Source of the DNA: Petromyzon marinus
Lineage: Eukaryota
NCBI RefSeq assembly: GCF_048934315.1
Contig: NC_133691.1
Coordinates: forward strand, 9,183,097 to 9,247,096
Direction of reading: 5' to 3'
Length of the DNA: 64,000 nucleotides
In this document: piece after piece, positions 1 through 11,433 of the stretch
Numbering within the stretch: the stretch's first letter is position 1
How the letters are laid out: each line of letters begins with the position of its first letter
Position numbers and translations under genes: made by a program
The notes under the pieces: generated by a model
The model's database searches: none
The model's input: the letters and a program-made list of their open reading frames with translations, nothing else
What the model was told of the DNA's origin: nothing

Positions 1-2789
1 CTTTTTGGGGGGAGGGGGTGCATTTTTAAGTAAAATACCTTCTACATGCAGGTTTAAACTTCAGCCATGTTAACATTGCAAGTTTGATTTTCCCCCAGGT
101 AAATGTAAAACATGTTGTGTCAGCATTACCTTTCACATTCAACTTAAGTTGACAAAAACAAATCGTGGGCCTGTAAAATTAAACGTGGTGCTGATGGCTC
201 TACGTAGGAAGCGTATCCATCGCGTCATAATCAGAGAAGCAGCTGGAAGCCTGGTTAAAGAACAGGCCATCACACCGTACGATTAGGTGATAATCTATTC
301 ATCTACAAAGCAAAATCAGTCCACGTCAATCTGGCAGTTGAAATCTGTTTCTGTATGTAGAAATTGTCCGGTTCACCTCTCAAATCCCGGCTCTCAGTTA
401 CAAATCGGTGTTCTGCCATTCGGCATCCCTTACACACTGAGCACCACGGACGAAAACACAGCGACCCCCACAATGCACCACTTCACGACGTTGCTGGAGT
501 AACGGGGCTTCTCACTTCGAGAATACAGGTGAAAGGACAACAGCGTGCCTGTAGGTTAGTGCTGAAGCTGATGGTTAGTAATGGAGCTGCACAGATAACT
601 CAGTGCAACGATACGGTGGAGAAATAACATGTAAGCGGGTCAAGGGAAGCACCGTGTCCACAATATCCAATGGGACACTCCTCAGTCTACACGTATGGCA
701 TTCTTAACGCAGAATACATGTCATATCCCAAGAACAACCTCATCGAACAATATAGCAGTGTATTTTAAATCATGCTTCCTGCTAAATAAACATATCCTCA
801 TAAAAGCTTTGAAGTAATGTTGGACGCCCTTATATGCACCCACTGGGAGTGCATACACATAGTTCGTGTTGTGTTTAAGTGGCAGAAGGTGGAGTTCTAT
901 TTAGGGGGAGAGACTATAGAGATAGAGTCCGATGGCTCGTGTGGTAGGCTGTGTGCCGTTAGGGGTGAATCGTTCTATTGCATTAGTTGGTGTAGGCGCT
1001 GTAACTTTCATACCTGTCAACCCATACGGTTTACCCGTATTCTTGCACTGGGACAGTGAGTTTTCAGGCCCATATGGTGTACAGCCGTTTCAATATGGGA
1101 AATAATTGTTTAGTAAAATATTTTTTGTCGATTTGTTTGTGTTTCTCCCTTGTGATGGGACTTTGTAGGATGAACGTTGAGATTTATAAGCGCACGGGGT
1201 GACCAATAAGGTCTGAATTGGTCTGTAATAAGGTAGGCACTGATAAGGGGTTGACAAGTATGGACTTTTATTTTTTCACTTTTTGTACAACGATCAAATC
1301 CCACACCTGCCTCGTAACAGCACATTTAAGCAAAAGTTACACACCCGTTTAATTTGGTAGCCAACGCAACTCTTCGTATATTCCATCCACACTTTACTGA
1401 CATAGGGTAAAGTCTTTAAATATTTTTTTTTCATAAGGTAGGGGGGGGGTCTAGCCGGCTCGGACAATTGTAAATCAGAGTGCTAAGCTGCCACCGCTGA
1501 CATCCTCCGTTTAAATTGTGCTGGTCACTCATGACTAAACTGGGTTCTCAATTGTAGCGGGGTCTGAGCTCCTTGATCACCACGACTACACAAACACGCA
1601 TCAAATGTAATTCGTGTCACTTGGACATATTCCTCACATATAAGTCACCCTGGGGCCCTCTATGCTCTCTTCCTAACGTAGCCTCGGCTCGTCGGCTTGA
1701 GAACGGCTCCTGCACAGACAGTGACCACACAGAGCGAAACGCAACAACGGTCCCCCATGTAGTATTTAACAGACTGTTGGGGGAGCAAGTCCTGTTAGCG
1801 AGCACCGAGGCCCGCAAAATCATTTGGTCTGGCCCTGCCAAGGCAACCGCAGGCGGGACTCGAAATTCAATAAATCTAGGAGCAAACCTGGAAAAGCAGT
1901 TGCGAGCAGCAGCAACATCGTCAATACCAGCGAACATCATCACACACTTCACCAATGAGAAGCAGTTCCAGCCATCACATTAGGGGTGAATTAATTACGT
2001 GTTTGACCAAATATAACAGGCTAATTTTTAAGTTGATAATTTTGCATGGCCCGCGAATGATGTTATAAATATCCAAATGGCCCTTGGCAGAAACAAGGTT
2101 CCCCACCCCTGACCTAGAGCAATGTGGTTCTTCTTCTTAACCTAGGGTGCACCACCCAGGGCCGGATTCAGGCATGGGGCTTTAGGGGCTGCAAGCCCAG
2201 ATTAAGTGAAAAGTTATTTCATTTGTGAATGCTGAATTTAATTTGTTGTTAGCCTTGTAAAAAATAAATTTTATTTTTCTTTAACTTTGTTTTCCTTTTG
2301 AAAATATTACTGGGGGCCTCACAGTACCTGTAGCCCAAGGGCCTACAAAATCTTAATCCGTCCCTGGGGGTGCGGGATGCCATTTCTGGGGGTGCGAGTC
2401 ATGGCCACATTTTTTTTCAAGGTTCATGATCGAAAACACAAATTAAGCATGGGCACGTAAGTACAACTGCTTTGTTTCCTCAAACCTACGCCTTTATTAA
2501 AGGTATACATTTTAAACGCTTGAGAACCAAAGGCTGCAGTAAAGGTGAAGAACCACTGACCTACACTATTAAGGTTGGCACGGCACACGAGGTGGTGGAT
2601 GTCCAGGACCACGCCCGGCCGCCTTTGTCTCCTAAGTGGCGATGTTTACACACCGCACCAGGTACTCATTTGAGGCTGAGTCGACCTAGGGGGAGGCCCA
2701 GGACCGGTTCAGATAATCGTCACCGGTGTTGGCCGTGAGTGGGAATCGAAATCGGGTCGTTGGATTAGTGTCGGAGCGCACTAACCGCT

Positions 2790-3060
2790 ACACTACCGCT
2801 CCCCACACACAACCACACAATAACACAACACACACACAAGACCCACAACCACACAACACACACAACATGCACAACCACACAACACGCACACAACACACAA
2901 CCACCACAACTGCACAACACGCACAACCACACAACACGCACACAACCACACAGACACAACCACAACACACAGACACAACCACAACACACACACAACACGC
3001 ACACAACCACACAAAATACAATCTCACAATAAAGCATTCAATCTCACAACACACAAGTAC
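2790..3060. repeat. CA-rich imperfect microsatellite / low-complexity tract (CACACAAC-like)
   Basis: Direct reading: runs of ACACAA/CCACAC across ~270 bp. Both strands translate into Cys/His/Thr-rich pseudo-ORFs with no coding signature. Confidence 0.8.
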
Positions 3061-3339
3061 GCAAGCCCACACAGCCTTCACGCAGACAGATATCCCAGTA
3101 CCACTTAAGTCGCCGAAGCCTTTGATAAGCACCCACTTCTTTATCTGAACAAGGCAAGTGAATCACCGTGTGGCGCCTTCGAACGAGTGGAACATCCCCA
3201 CACGTGAATCGCCTCAAACCGCTCGCAATCAGAGTCCGCGTAGGCTCGTCACACCGGGCGGGCGGCGGGGGGAGGCGATATTGACGCCCCATCGACTGAC
3301 GGACAAACAGGGAAGGCTCCAGGAGCCCGGGTTCTCCTC

Positions 3340-3432
3340 ACTGCTCTGGCTCGTTACCCCGTCACTCCGTTACCTCGTTACCCCGTTACTACGTCACCTC
3401 GTTACTCCGTTATTCCGTTACCTCGTCGCGGG
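3340..3432. repeat. 9-bp tandem repeat (CGTTACCYC) x ~10
   Basis: cgttaccccgtcactccgttacctcgttaccccgttactacgtcacctcgttactccgttattccgttacctcg read directly. Confidence 0.8.
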
Positions 3433-3439
3433 ATTACTT

Positions 3440-3545
3440 CTCGGTTCCCGCGGCCCCGCCGAGCCGGAGCGCAGGCCGCGTTCTCATGGCAACGAGACGC
3501 CCGCGGGACCCAGCGCGCATGCGCGAACTGCCCCCCTCCCGCTGC
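3440..3545. promoter_or_regulatory. CpG-rich segment containing a perfect palindromic GCGCATGCGC (NRF1-type) motif at 3515-3524
   Basis: High CpG density in cgcggccccgccgagccggagcgcaggccgcg...cagcgcgcatgcgcgaactg. The motif is read directly; any regulatory role is inference only. Confidence 0.2.
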
Positions 3546-3568
3546 CTGTACGCATCAAACACTACAGT

Positions 3569-3598
3569 CTCAGGGGCCGTCCATAAATGACGTCACGC
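3569..3598 (+). repeat. Left copy of a ~27-bp inverted repeat (CTCAGGGGCCGTCCATAAATGACGTCACGC) bounding the 30-bp satellite. It embeds a CRE-like palindrome TGACGTCA (3588-3595; a second one at 3677-3684)
   Basis: The reverse complement of 7971-7999 (cgttacgtcatttatggacggcccctgag) matches this segment over ~27 nt. Confidence 0.7.
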
Positions 3599-3729
3599 GA
3601 GTTTGGACGATTTTTGACCCCCCCCTCCTTCGTCACAAGACGTCACAAAAAGTCAGACCCCCCCCCCCCTCAAATTTGACGTCACAAAGCTTCGCCCCCC
3701 CCAAAAAAATATATAAAACATGCTTCAAA

Positions 3730-3885
3730 CCTTGATTTAAAGATTTCGTGACTGCAGGGATTAATATTCTTGGTTCTTTCGGTAAAGTCACCACGTAGAA
3801 GGGAAATAATAAAATAATAAAAATATAAAACAATAAAATTATCAGGTTTCGGGCGCAACACAAGCGTCCGTCATCAGGTGGGAAA
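3730..3885 (+). mobile_element. Solo Penelope-like element (PLE) pLTR arm with a hammerhead ribozyme core
   Basis: gatttcgtgactgcagggattaatattcttggttctttcggtaaagtcaccacgtagaagggaaataataaaataataaaaatataaaacaataaaatt...ggcgcaacacaagcgtccgtcatcaggtg is homologous to the arms at 10338, 14358, 52108, 54745, 56009 and 58325. Confidence 0.7.
3843..3880 (-). ncRNA. Type I hammerhead ribozyme core (minus-sense), PLE-associated
   Basis: The reverse complement reads CACCUGAUGA-CGGACGC-UUGUGUU-GCGCCCG-AAACCUG. CUGAUGA and GAAAC are both present. Stem II has one mismatch. Confidence 0.45.
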
Positions 3886-3949
3886 GTTTTGGTCTGCTGC
3901 TGATGCAGACTGTTTTAAAAGGTTTGAAATGGGTGTAGCCCAAGGGTCA

Positions 3950-6900
3950 TACAGAAGTGGGCGGGGCTAGTTATGTTGATGTGAGAAATTAGCAGGATGT
4001 TAATGTGAGAAATTAGCGTGATGTTAATGTGAGAAATTAGCATGTTAATGTGAAATCGAAGAGTGGTGCAATCCAAAGGCGTGATAGTGCAACCCAAAGA
4101 GTGTAATCCAAAGGATATGTGAGTATGAGAGTGTAATCCTAGTGACATGTAAGCATGAGAGTGTAATGCAAAGGACATGTGAGTATGAGAGTGTAATCCT
4201 AGTGACATGTGAGCATGAGAGTGTAATCCTAGTGACACGTGAGTATGAGAGTGTAATCCTAGTGACATGTGAGCATGAGAGTGTAATGCAAAGGACATGT
4301 GAGTATGAGAGTGTAATCCTAGTGACATGTGAGCATGAGAGTGTAATCCTAGTGACACGTGAGTATGAGAGTGTAATCCTAGTGACATGTGAGCATGAGA
4401 GTGTAATCCAAAGGACATGTGAGTATGAGAGTGTAATCCTAGTGACGTGAGTATGAGAGTGTAATCCTAGTGACACGTGAGTATGAGAGTGTAATCCTAG
4501 TGACATGTGAGTATGAGAGTGTAATCCTAGTGACACGTGAGTATGAGAGTGTAATCCTAGTGACATGTGAGCATGAGAAGTGTAATCCTAGTGACATGTG
4601 AGCATGAGAAGTGTAATCCTAGTGACATGTGAGTATGAGAGTGTAATCCTAGTGACACGTGAGTATGAGAGTGTAATCCTAGTGACATGTGAGTATGAGA
4701 GTGTAATCCTAGTGACATGTGAGTATGAGAGTGTAATCCAAAGGACATGTGAGTATGAGAGTGTAATCCTAGTGACACGTGAGTATGAGAGTGTAATCCT
4801 AGTGACATGTGAGCATGAGAGTGTAATCCAAAGGACATGTGAGTATGAGAGTGTAATCCTAGTGACATGTGAGCATGAGAGTGTAATCCAAAGGACATGT
4901 GAGTATGAGAGTGTAATCCTAGTGACATGTGAGTATGAGAGTGTAATCCAAAGGACATGTGAGCATGAGAGTGTAATCCTAGTGACATGTGAGTATGAGA
5001 GTGTAATCCAAAGGACATGTGAGCATGAGAGTGTAATCCTAGTGACATGTGAGTATGAGAGTGTAATCCTAGTGACGTGAGTATGAGAGTGTAATCCTAG
5101 TGACACGTGAGTATGAGAGTGTAATCCTAGTGATATGTGAGTATGAGAGTGTAATCCTAGTGACACGTGAGTATGAGAGTGTAATCCTAGTGACATGTGA
5201 GTATGAGAGTGTAATCCTAGTGACATGTGAGTATGAGAGTGTAATCCTAGTGACACGTGAGTATGAGAGTGTAATCCTAGTGACATGTGAGTATGAGAGT
5301 GTAATCCTAGTGACATGTGAGTATGAGAGTGTAATCCTAGTGACATGTGAGTATGAGAGTGTAATCCTAGTGACATGTGAGCATGAGAGTGTAATCCTAG
5401 TGACATGTTAGCATGAGAGTGTAATCCTAGTGACGTGAGTATGAGAGTGTAATCCAAAGGACATGTGAGCATGAGAGTGTAATCCTAGTGACACGTGAGT
5501 ATGAGAGTGTAATCCTAGTGACATGTGAGCATGAGAGTGTAATCCAAAGGACATGTGAGTATGAGAGTGTAATCCTAGTGACGTGAGTATGAGAGTGTAA
5601 TCCTAGTGACACGTGAGTATGAGAGTGTAATCCTAGTGACATGTGAGTATGAGAGTGTAATCCTAGTGACACGTGAGTATGAGAGTGTAATCCTAGTGAC
5701 ATGTGAGCATGAGAAGTGTAATCCTAGTGACATGTGAGCATGAGAAGTGTAATCCTAGTGACATGTGAGTATGAGAGTGTAATCCTAGTGACACGTGAGT
5801 ATGAGAGTGTAATCCTAGTGACATGTGAGTATGAGAGTGTAATCCTAGTGACATGTGAGTATGAGAGTGTAATCCAAAGGACATGTGAGTATGAGAGTGT
5901 AATCCTAGTGACACGTGAGTATGAGAGTGTAATCCTAGTGACATGTGAGCATGAGAGTGTAATCCAAAGGACATGTGAGTATGAGAGTGTAATCCTAGTG
6001 ACATGTGAGCATGAGAGTGTAATCCAAAGGACATGTGAGTATGAGAGTGTAATCCTAGTGACATGTGAGTATGAGAGTGTAATCCAAAGGACATGTGAGC
6101 ATGAGAGTGTAATCCTAGTGACATGTGAGTATGAGAGTGTAATCCTAGTGACGTGAGTATGAGAGTGTAATCCTAGTGACACGTGAGTATGAGAGTGTAA
6201 TCCTAGTGATATGTGAGTATGAGAGTGTAATCCTAGTGACACGTGAGTATGAGAGTGTAATCCTAGTGACATGTGAGTATGAGAGTGTAATCCTAGTGAC
6301 ATGTGAGTATGAGAGTGTAATCCTAGTGACACGTGAGTATGAGAGTGTAATCCTAGTGACATGTGAGTATGAGAGTGTAATCCTAGTGACATGTGAGTAT
6401 GAGAGTGTAATCCTAGTGACATGTGAGTATGAGAGTGTAATCCTAGTGACATGTGAGCATGAGAGTGTAATCCTAGTGACATGTTAGCATGAGAGTGTAA
6501 TCCTAGTGACGTGAGTATGAGAGTGTAATCCAAAGGACATGTGAGCATGAGAGTGTAATCCTAGTGACACGTGAGTATGAGAGTGTAATCCTAGTGACAT
6601 GTGAGCATGAGAGTGTAATCCTAGTGACACGTGAGTATGAGAGTGTAATCCAAAGGACATGTGAGCATGAGAGTGTAATCCTAGTGACATGTGAGTATGA
6701 GAGTGTAATCCAAAGGACATGTGAGCATGAGAGTGTAATCCTAGTGACATGTGAGTATGAGAGTGTAATCCTAGTGACGTGAGTATGAGAGTGTAATCCT
6801 AGTGACACGTGAGTATGAGAGTGTAATCCTAGTGATATGTGAGTATGAGAGTGTAATCCTAGTGACACGTGAGTATGAGAGTGTAATCCTAGTGACATGT

Positions 6901-7915
6901 GAGTATGAGAGTGTAATCCTAGTGACATGTGAGTATGAGAGTGTAATCCTAGTGACACGTGAGTATGAGAGTGTAATCCTAGTGACATGTGAGTATGAGA
7001 GTGTAATCCTAGTGACATGTGAGTATGAGAGTGTAATCCTAGTGACATGTGAGTATGAGAGTGTAATCTTAGTGACATGTGAGCATGAGAGTGTAATCCT
7101 AGTGACATGTTAGCATGAGAGTGTAATCCTAGTGACGTGAGTATGAGAGTGTAATCCAAAGGACATGTGAGCATGAGAGTGTAATCCTAGTGACACGTGA
7201 GTATGAGAGTGTAATCCTAGTGACGTGAGTATGAGAGTGTAATCCAAAGGACATGTGAGCATGAGAGTGTAATCCTAGTGACATGTAAGCATGAGAGTGT
7301 AATGCAAAGGACATGTGAGTATGAGAGTGTAATCCTAGTGACATGTGAGCATGAGAGTGTAATCCTAGTGACATGTGAGCATGAGAGTGTAATCCTAGTG
7401 ACACGTGAGTATGAGAGTGTAATCCAAAGGACATGTGAGCATGAGAGTGTAATCCTAGTGACATGTGAGTATGAGAGTGTAATCCTAGTGACGTGAGTAT
7501 GAGAGTGTAATCCTAGTGACACGTGAGTATGAGAGTGTAATCCTAGTGATATGTGAGTATGAGAGTGTAATCCTAGTGACACGTGAGTATGAGAGTGTAA
7601 TCCTAGTGACATGTGAGTATGAGAGTGTAATCCTAGTGACATGTGAGTATGAGAGTGTAATCCTAGTGACACGTGAGTATGAGAGTGTAATCCTAGTGAC
7701 ATGTGAGTATGAGAGTGTAATCCTAGTGACATGTGAGTATGAGAGTGTAATCCTAGTGACATGTGAGTATGAGAGTGTAATCCTAGTGACATGTGAGCAT
7801 GAGAGTGTAATCCTAGTGACATGTTAGCATGAGAGTGTAATCCTAGTGACGTGAGTATGAGAGTGTAATCCAAAGGACATGTGAGCATGAGAGTGTAATC
7901 CTAGTGACATGTGAG
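3950..7915. repeat. 30-bp satellite (unit GTGAGTATGAGAGTGTAATCCTAGTGACAT, alternating with the GTGAGCATGAGAGTGTAATCCAAAGGACAT variant), ~130 copies, with higher-order periodicity
   Basis: Perfect head-to-tail 30-bp periodicity read directly. Identical ORF-track translations recur at offsets of 1136, 1076 and 714 bp, which indicates higher-order repeats. Stop-free frames give HSHTHMSLGLHS-type pseudo-ORFs on both strands. Confidence 0.97.
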
Positions 7916-7970
7916 CATACACCCCCCCCCCCCCCCCATCGTCACACATCATCACAAATGTCTGACCCCA

Positions 7971-7999
7971 CCCCTAGGAGCGTTACGTCATTTATGGAC
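7971..7999 (-). repeat. Right copy of the inverted repeat bounding the 30-bp satellite; preceded by a poly-C tract (7921-7937)
   Basis: cgttacgtcatttatggacggcccctgag is the reverse complement of 3569-3595. Confidence 0.7.
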
Positions 8000-8139
8000 G
8001 GCCCCTGAGAAAGACGAACAAATAGACACGTTGTTTTTGTTTATTTACCCGTATTGATACGGCTGTACGCCGCATGTACGGTGAAAACTCAATTTCCCTG
8101 CAACACTAATACGGGGTTTAAACCGTATGGGGTTTATAT

Positions 8140-8395
8140 TCTTATATTCTTAGTTTTTTCGGTAAAGTCACGTTGAAGGGAAACAGCAAAATATATTTTA
8201 TTATTTTATTATTTTGTTGTTTCCCTTCAACGTGACTTTACCGAAAAAACTAAGAATATAAACCCCATACGGTAAAGTCGCGTTGAAGGGAAACAACAAA
8301 ATAATAAAATATATTTTGTTGTTTCCCTTCAACGTGACTTTACCGAAAAAACTAAGAATATGAATTACTGCAGTCACGAAAGCTTTAAATCGTAT
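8140..8395. mobile_element. Palindromic pair of PLE pLTR-arm fragments (two nested inverted copies of ttcggtaaagtcacgttgaagggaaac...) with no ribozyme core
   Basis: cttatattcttagttttttcggtaaagtcacgttgaagggaaacagcaaaatatatttt... is followed by its reverse complement ...gtttcccttcaacgtgactttaccgaaaaaactaagaatata. This occurs twice, ending ...gaatatgaattactgcagtcacgaaagctttaaatc. No CTGATGA/GAAAC core is present. Confidence 0.65.
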
Positions 8396-8404
8396 AGGGT
8401 TTGA

Positions 8405-8795
8405 CAGCTGTGATGGAACCTCTCACGCGATGTTGGAGGTAAATCCTCTGGAGCCTAGCAACAGGGCCACGCCCCTCTCGATGTTGGAGGTAAATCTTCG
8501 GGAGCGTGGCAACAGGGCCACGCCCCCCTTCGATGTTAGAGGTAAATCCTCGGGAACCTGGCAACAGCGACGCCCTCCCCTACGATATTAGAGGTAAATC
8601 CTCGGGAATCTGGCAACAGCGACGCCCCCACCCCCCTCGATGATGGAGGTAAATCCTCGGGAGCGTGGCAACCGGGCCACGCCCTCCCCTCGATGTTGGA
8701 GGTAAATCCTCGGGAACCTGGCAACAGCGACGCCCCCCTCGATGTTGGAGGTGAATCCTCGGGAACCTGGCAACAGGGCGACGCCCCCCCCCCCC
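8405..8795. repeat. ~57-bp minisatellite x7 (CGATGTTGGAGGTAAATCCTCGGGAGCGTGGCAACAGGGCCACGCCCC...) immediately upstream of the USB1 start
   Basis: Seven direct copies read from 8410 to 8790. Confidence 0.85.
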
Positions 8796-8799
8796 AGTG

Positions 8800-9130
8800 A
8801 GACGGGCAGCTCGCGTGGCGCAAGGCCCCCAAAGGGCCCCGTGACCTCTCGACCGCGACCCCCCGCGGGGCGAATGCGCGGCGAGGCGGGAGGCGAGGCA
8901 GGAGGCGAGGCGGAGCCGTGCGAGCACCATGCTGCCGGGCCTGGTGAGCTACAGCAGCAGCAGCAGCTCGGATGAGGATGAGGCGGAGGATCAGGCGGGG
9001 CTCGTGTACAGCGGGCGGCCCGGGCCGGTCGAGGCGCGCCGGGACGTGGGGATGAACCCTCCTCAAGCTGCCCGTCCTCTTGAACGCCTTGCTCGTCGTG
9101 CCGGCACGGCCCGAGAACTACAGGGGTGAG
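8800..9130 (+). promoter_or_regulatory. CpG island spanning the USB1 5'UTR and exon 1
   Basis: Very high CpG density (gcgaatgcgcggcgaggcgggaggcgagg...) around the ATG at 8929. Confidence 0.4.
8929..9125 (+). CDS. USB1: USB1 (U6 snRNA phosphodiesterase) exon 1
   Basis: MLPGLVSYSSSSSSDEDEAEDQAG... aligns to the human USB1 N-terminus [21 protein letters not shown] (recalled from memory). The best donor is GG|GTGAGG at 9126, which leaves phase 2. The exact 3' boundary is uncertain. Confidence 0.6.
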
Positions 9131-9224
9131 GCACCGCCCGGGCGCACAGATTATATCATCGTTATCATCACGACCACGACGATGATGATGATGCAACAGC
9201 AGAGATCACTCATCGACAGCAGAG

Positions 9225-9960
9225 ACATCGCTCATCTGTAGTGGAGACATCTACAGCAGAGACATCACTCATCTGTAGTGGAGACATCTACAGCAGAGAC
9301 ATCACTCATCTGTAGTGGAGACATCTACAGCAGAGACATCACTCATCTGTAGTGGAGACATCTACAGCAGAGACATCACTCATCTGTAGTGGAGACATCT
9401 ACAGCAGAGACATCACTCATCTGTAGTGGAGACATCTACAGCAGAGACATCGCTCATCTGTAGTGGAGACATCTACAGCAGAGACCTCGCTCATCTGTAG
9501 TGGAGACATCTACAGCAGAGACATCGCTCATCTGTAGTGGAGACATCTACAGCAGAGACCTCGCTCATCTGTAGTGGAGACATCTACAGCAGAGACATTG
9601 CTCATCTGTAGTGGAGACATCTACAGCAGAGACATCACTCATCTGTAGTGGAGACATCTACAGCAGAGACATCACTCATCTGTAGTGGAGACATCTACAG
9701 CAGAGACATCACTCATTTACAGCAGAGATATCTACAGCAGAGACATCTACAGCAGAGACATCACTCATCTGTAGTGGAGACATCTACAGCAGAGACATCA
9801 CTCATTTACAGCAGAGACATCTACAGCAGAGACATTTACAGCAGAGACATCTACAGCAGAGACATCTACAGCAGAGACATCTACAGCAGAGACATCTACA
9901 GCAGAGACATCACTCATCTGTAGTGGAGACATCTACAGCAGAGATATCACTCATATGCAA
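9225..9960. repeat. 37-bp minisatellite (TAGTGGAGACATCTACAGCAGAGACATCACTCATCTG) x ~18 in USB1 intron 1, with a 15-bp sub-repeat (ATCTACAGCAGAGAC) near 9700-9900
   Basis: Unit starts recur every 37 bp (9239, 9276, ...). Read directly. Confidence 0.9.
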
Positions 9961-10337
9961 GATGCATAGCCGAGGAAGTTTACCTTTTGACAGTTGTGGG
10001 TACTGAGGGCTGTACAGTGGGGTCAAAATGTCAGCTTTCATGAAAATTTTAAAAATCCAACATTCAATGACACTAGCTTAGAAGGAAATTATACAAAGAT
10101 GATGTATATACGTCTTAAGCGACGTTATGGGCAATGGCCCTTTATATGTGGCGTGAATAAGGGCCAAACGTCGCCAATTGTTCCTTTAAGGCGACGTTAT
10201 TGACGCACGTGTTGAGTATTTTGTTATTTGCCATCGCACTATCAACAAATATTTTGTTCAATTTCCTAAAACCAACTTCATTGTACAGTAGTGGTAAACA
10301 TTGCTGAGTCATGACGTCATACATAATACATTAACAG

Positions 10338-10765
10338 GGAATTAGAATCACGTTGAAGGGAAACAATAAAAATAATAAAAATATAAAACAATGAAATTCT
10401 CACGACGTTTCGACTGCAACACAAGCAGTCATCATCAGGTGTGAAAACCAACGGCAAGAACATTAAAAAGAAGTTACGGCATTTATTTATTTTTAAGCGT
10501 TAGCACCACGGAGAGCGATTTGCACAGTTTGTTTAGATGGACGAGTCCATCTATGTTCGGAAAAGAGGAGGGGGGAGACGAAAAATTAATGTGCTGTCTG
10601 AAAGCCACCGTACGCGTGAACAATCAATTGTGTTACAGTCGAAACGTCGTGAGAATTTTATTGTTTTATATATTTTTTATTAGTTTATTGTTTCCCTTCA
10701 ACGTGACTTTACCGAAAGAACCAAGAATATGAATCACTCCACGAAAGCTTTAAATCAAAATTTAG
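10338..10765. mobile_element. PLE-derived inverted-arm element: 5'-truncated left arm with an intact minus-sense hammerhead and a right arm with a degenerate plus-sense hammerhead. It is flanked by the 12-bp direct repeat GGGAATTAGAAT (10336-10347 and 10765-10776)
   Basis: The arms aatcacgttgaagggaaacaataaaaataataaaaatataaaacaatgaaattctcacgacgtttcgactgcaacacaagc...gtcatcaggtgtgaaaacc and ...gtcgaaacgtcgtgagaattttattgttttat...gtttcccttcaacgtgactttaccgaaagaaccaagaatatgaatcactccacgaaagctttaaatc are mutual reverse complements. The flanking 12-mers are identical. Confidence 0.7.
10399..10449 (-). ncRNA. Type I hammerhead ribozyme (intact core), PLE-associated
   Basis: The reverse complement reads GGUUUUCACAC-CUGAUGA-UGACUGC-UUGUGUU-GCAGUCG-AAAC-GUCGUGAG. 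Stem II halves GACUGC/GCAGUC are perfectly complementary. Confidence 0.65.
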
Positions 10766-11266
10766 GGAATTAGAATATAAATAAAAATGCATCTATAATT
10801 ATCTGCACACAAAAACGTACGTCTGAATTTGGCACATGGAGTCAGCTGGGATTATTCGGTTGCCAAGGAATGTGACTTCAGTGTGGATGTTAAAGTAACG
10901 TTGGGAATACATGAGCCACAAATATTCTTTCCGTGAATTATCTGCGGCATCAAGGAAGATAGTCTCAGATGAGTGATAATTTGTTGTGCATGACACTTAT
11001 TTTGAGCGGTATTTCAATGTATGCATTGTACCATGCAGCTGTAAGTTAAATCACAAAAAAACAGCCCTTGTTCCACTAACAGTTATTTGAATCAGTTCTG
11101 AGTAATATCTAAATACGCATTTGCATGTGCACTATTGATATTAATTTCGATGCATACTCATTGATGACCTTATATATATCCAGCATGCTAAGAATGTTTC
11201 CTGAACAGACGTTGTTGATTCGTGACAAACCTGTTCGATTTCCACTTTGGTTCGTATTCGAGGAAG

Positions 11267-11433
11267 ACGCCACCCCGCTGGAGGACGACTTCCCCTGCCC
11301 GAGAGTGTACGCAGCATGTTTGCTGACGAGGATGAGAAACCCGACGATGCAGAAGATGGAAGCCAGCATGGTGGACGCCTCCGCTCCTTCGCCCATGAGA
11401 GAGGCAACTGGGCGACTTACGTCTACCTGCCAT
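11267..11433 (+). CDS. USB1: USB1 exon 2
   Basis: Translation ...[49 protein letters not shown] matches human SPLPRQRFPVPDSVLNMF...[23 protein letters not shown]. The donor is CAT|GTATGT at 11434. The acceptor AG at 11265-66 was chosen for phase compatibility with exon 1; an alternative AG lies at 11261-62. Confidence 0.8.

Noticed and set aside
3915-7888. ORFs encoding HSHTHMSLGLHS / ESVILVTCEY repeats
   Set aside because: The same artefact from the stop-poor 30-bp satellite. The 10-aa periodicity equals the 30-bp unit.
3950-7915. CRISPR array (regular 30-bp repeats)
   Set aside because: There are no unique spacers: the units are contiguous tandem copies. The context is eukaryotic (introns, SINEs, PLEs).
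8536-9196. Minus-strand ORFs of 116-202 aa overlapping the USB1 CpG island
   Set aside because: GC-rich stop-poor sequence antisense to a well-supported exon; proline/arginine-rich composition typical of CpG-island antisense artefacts.
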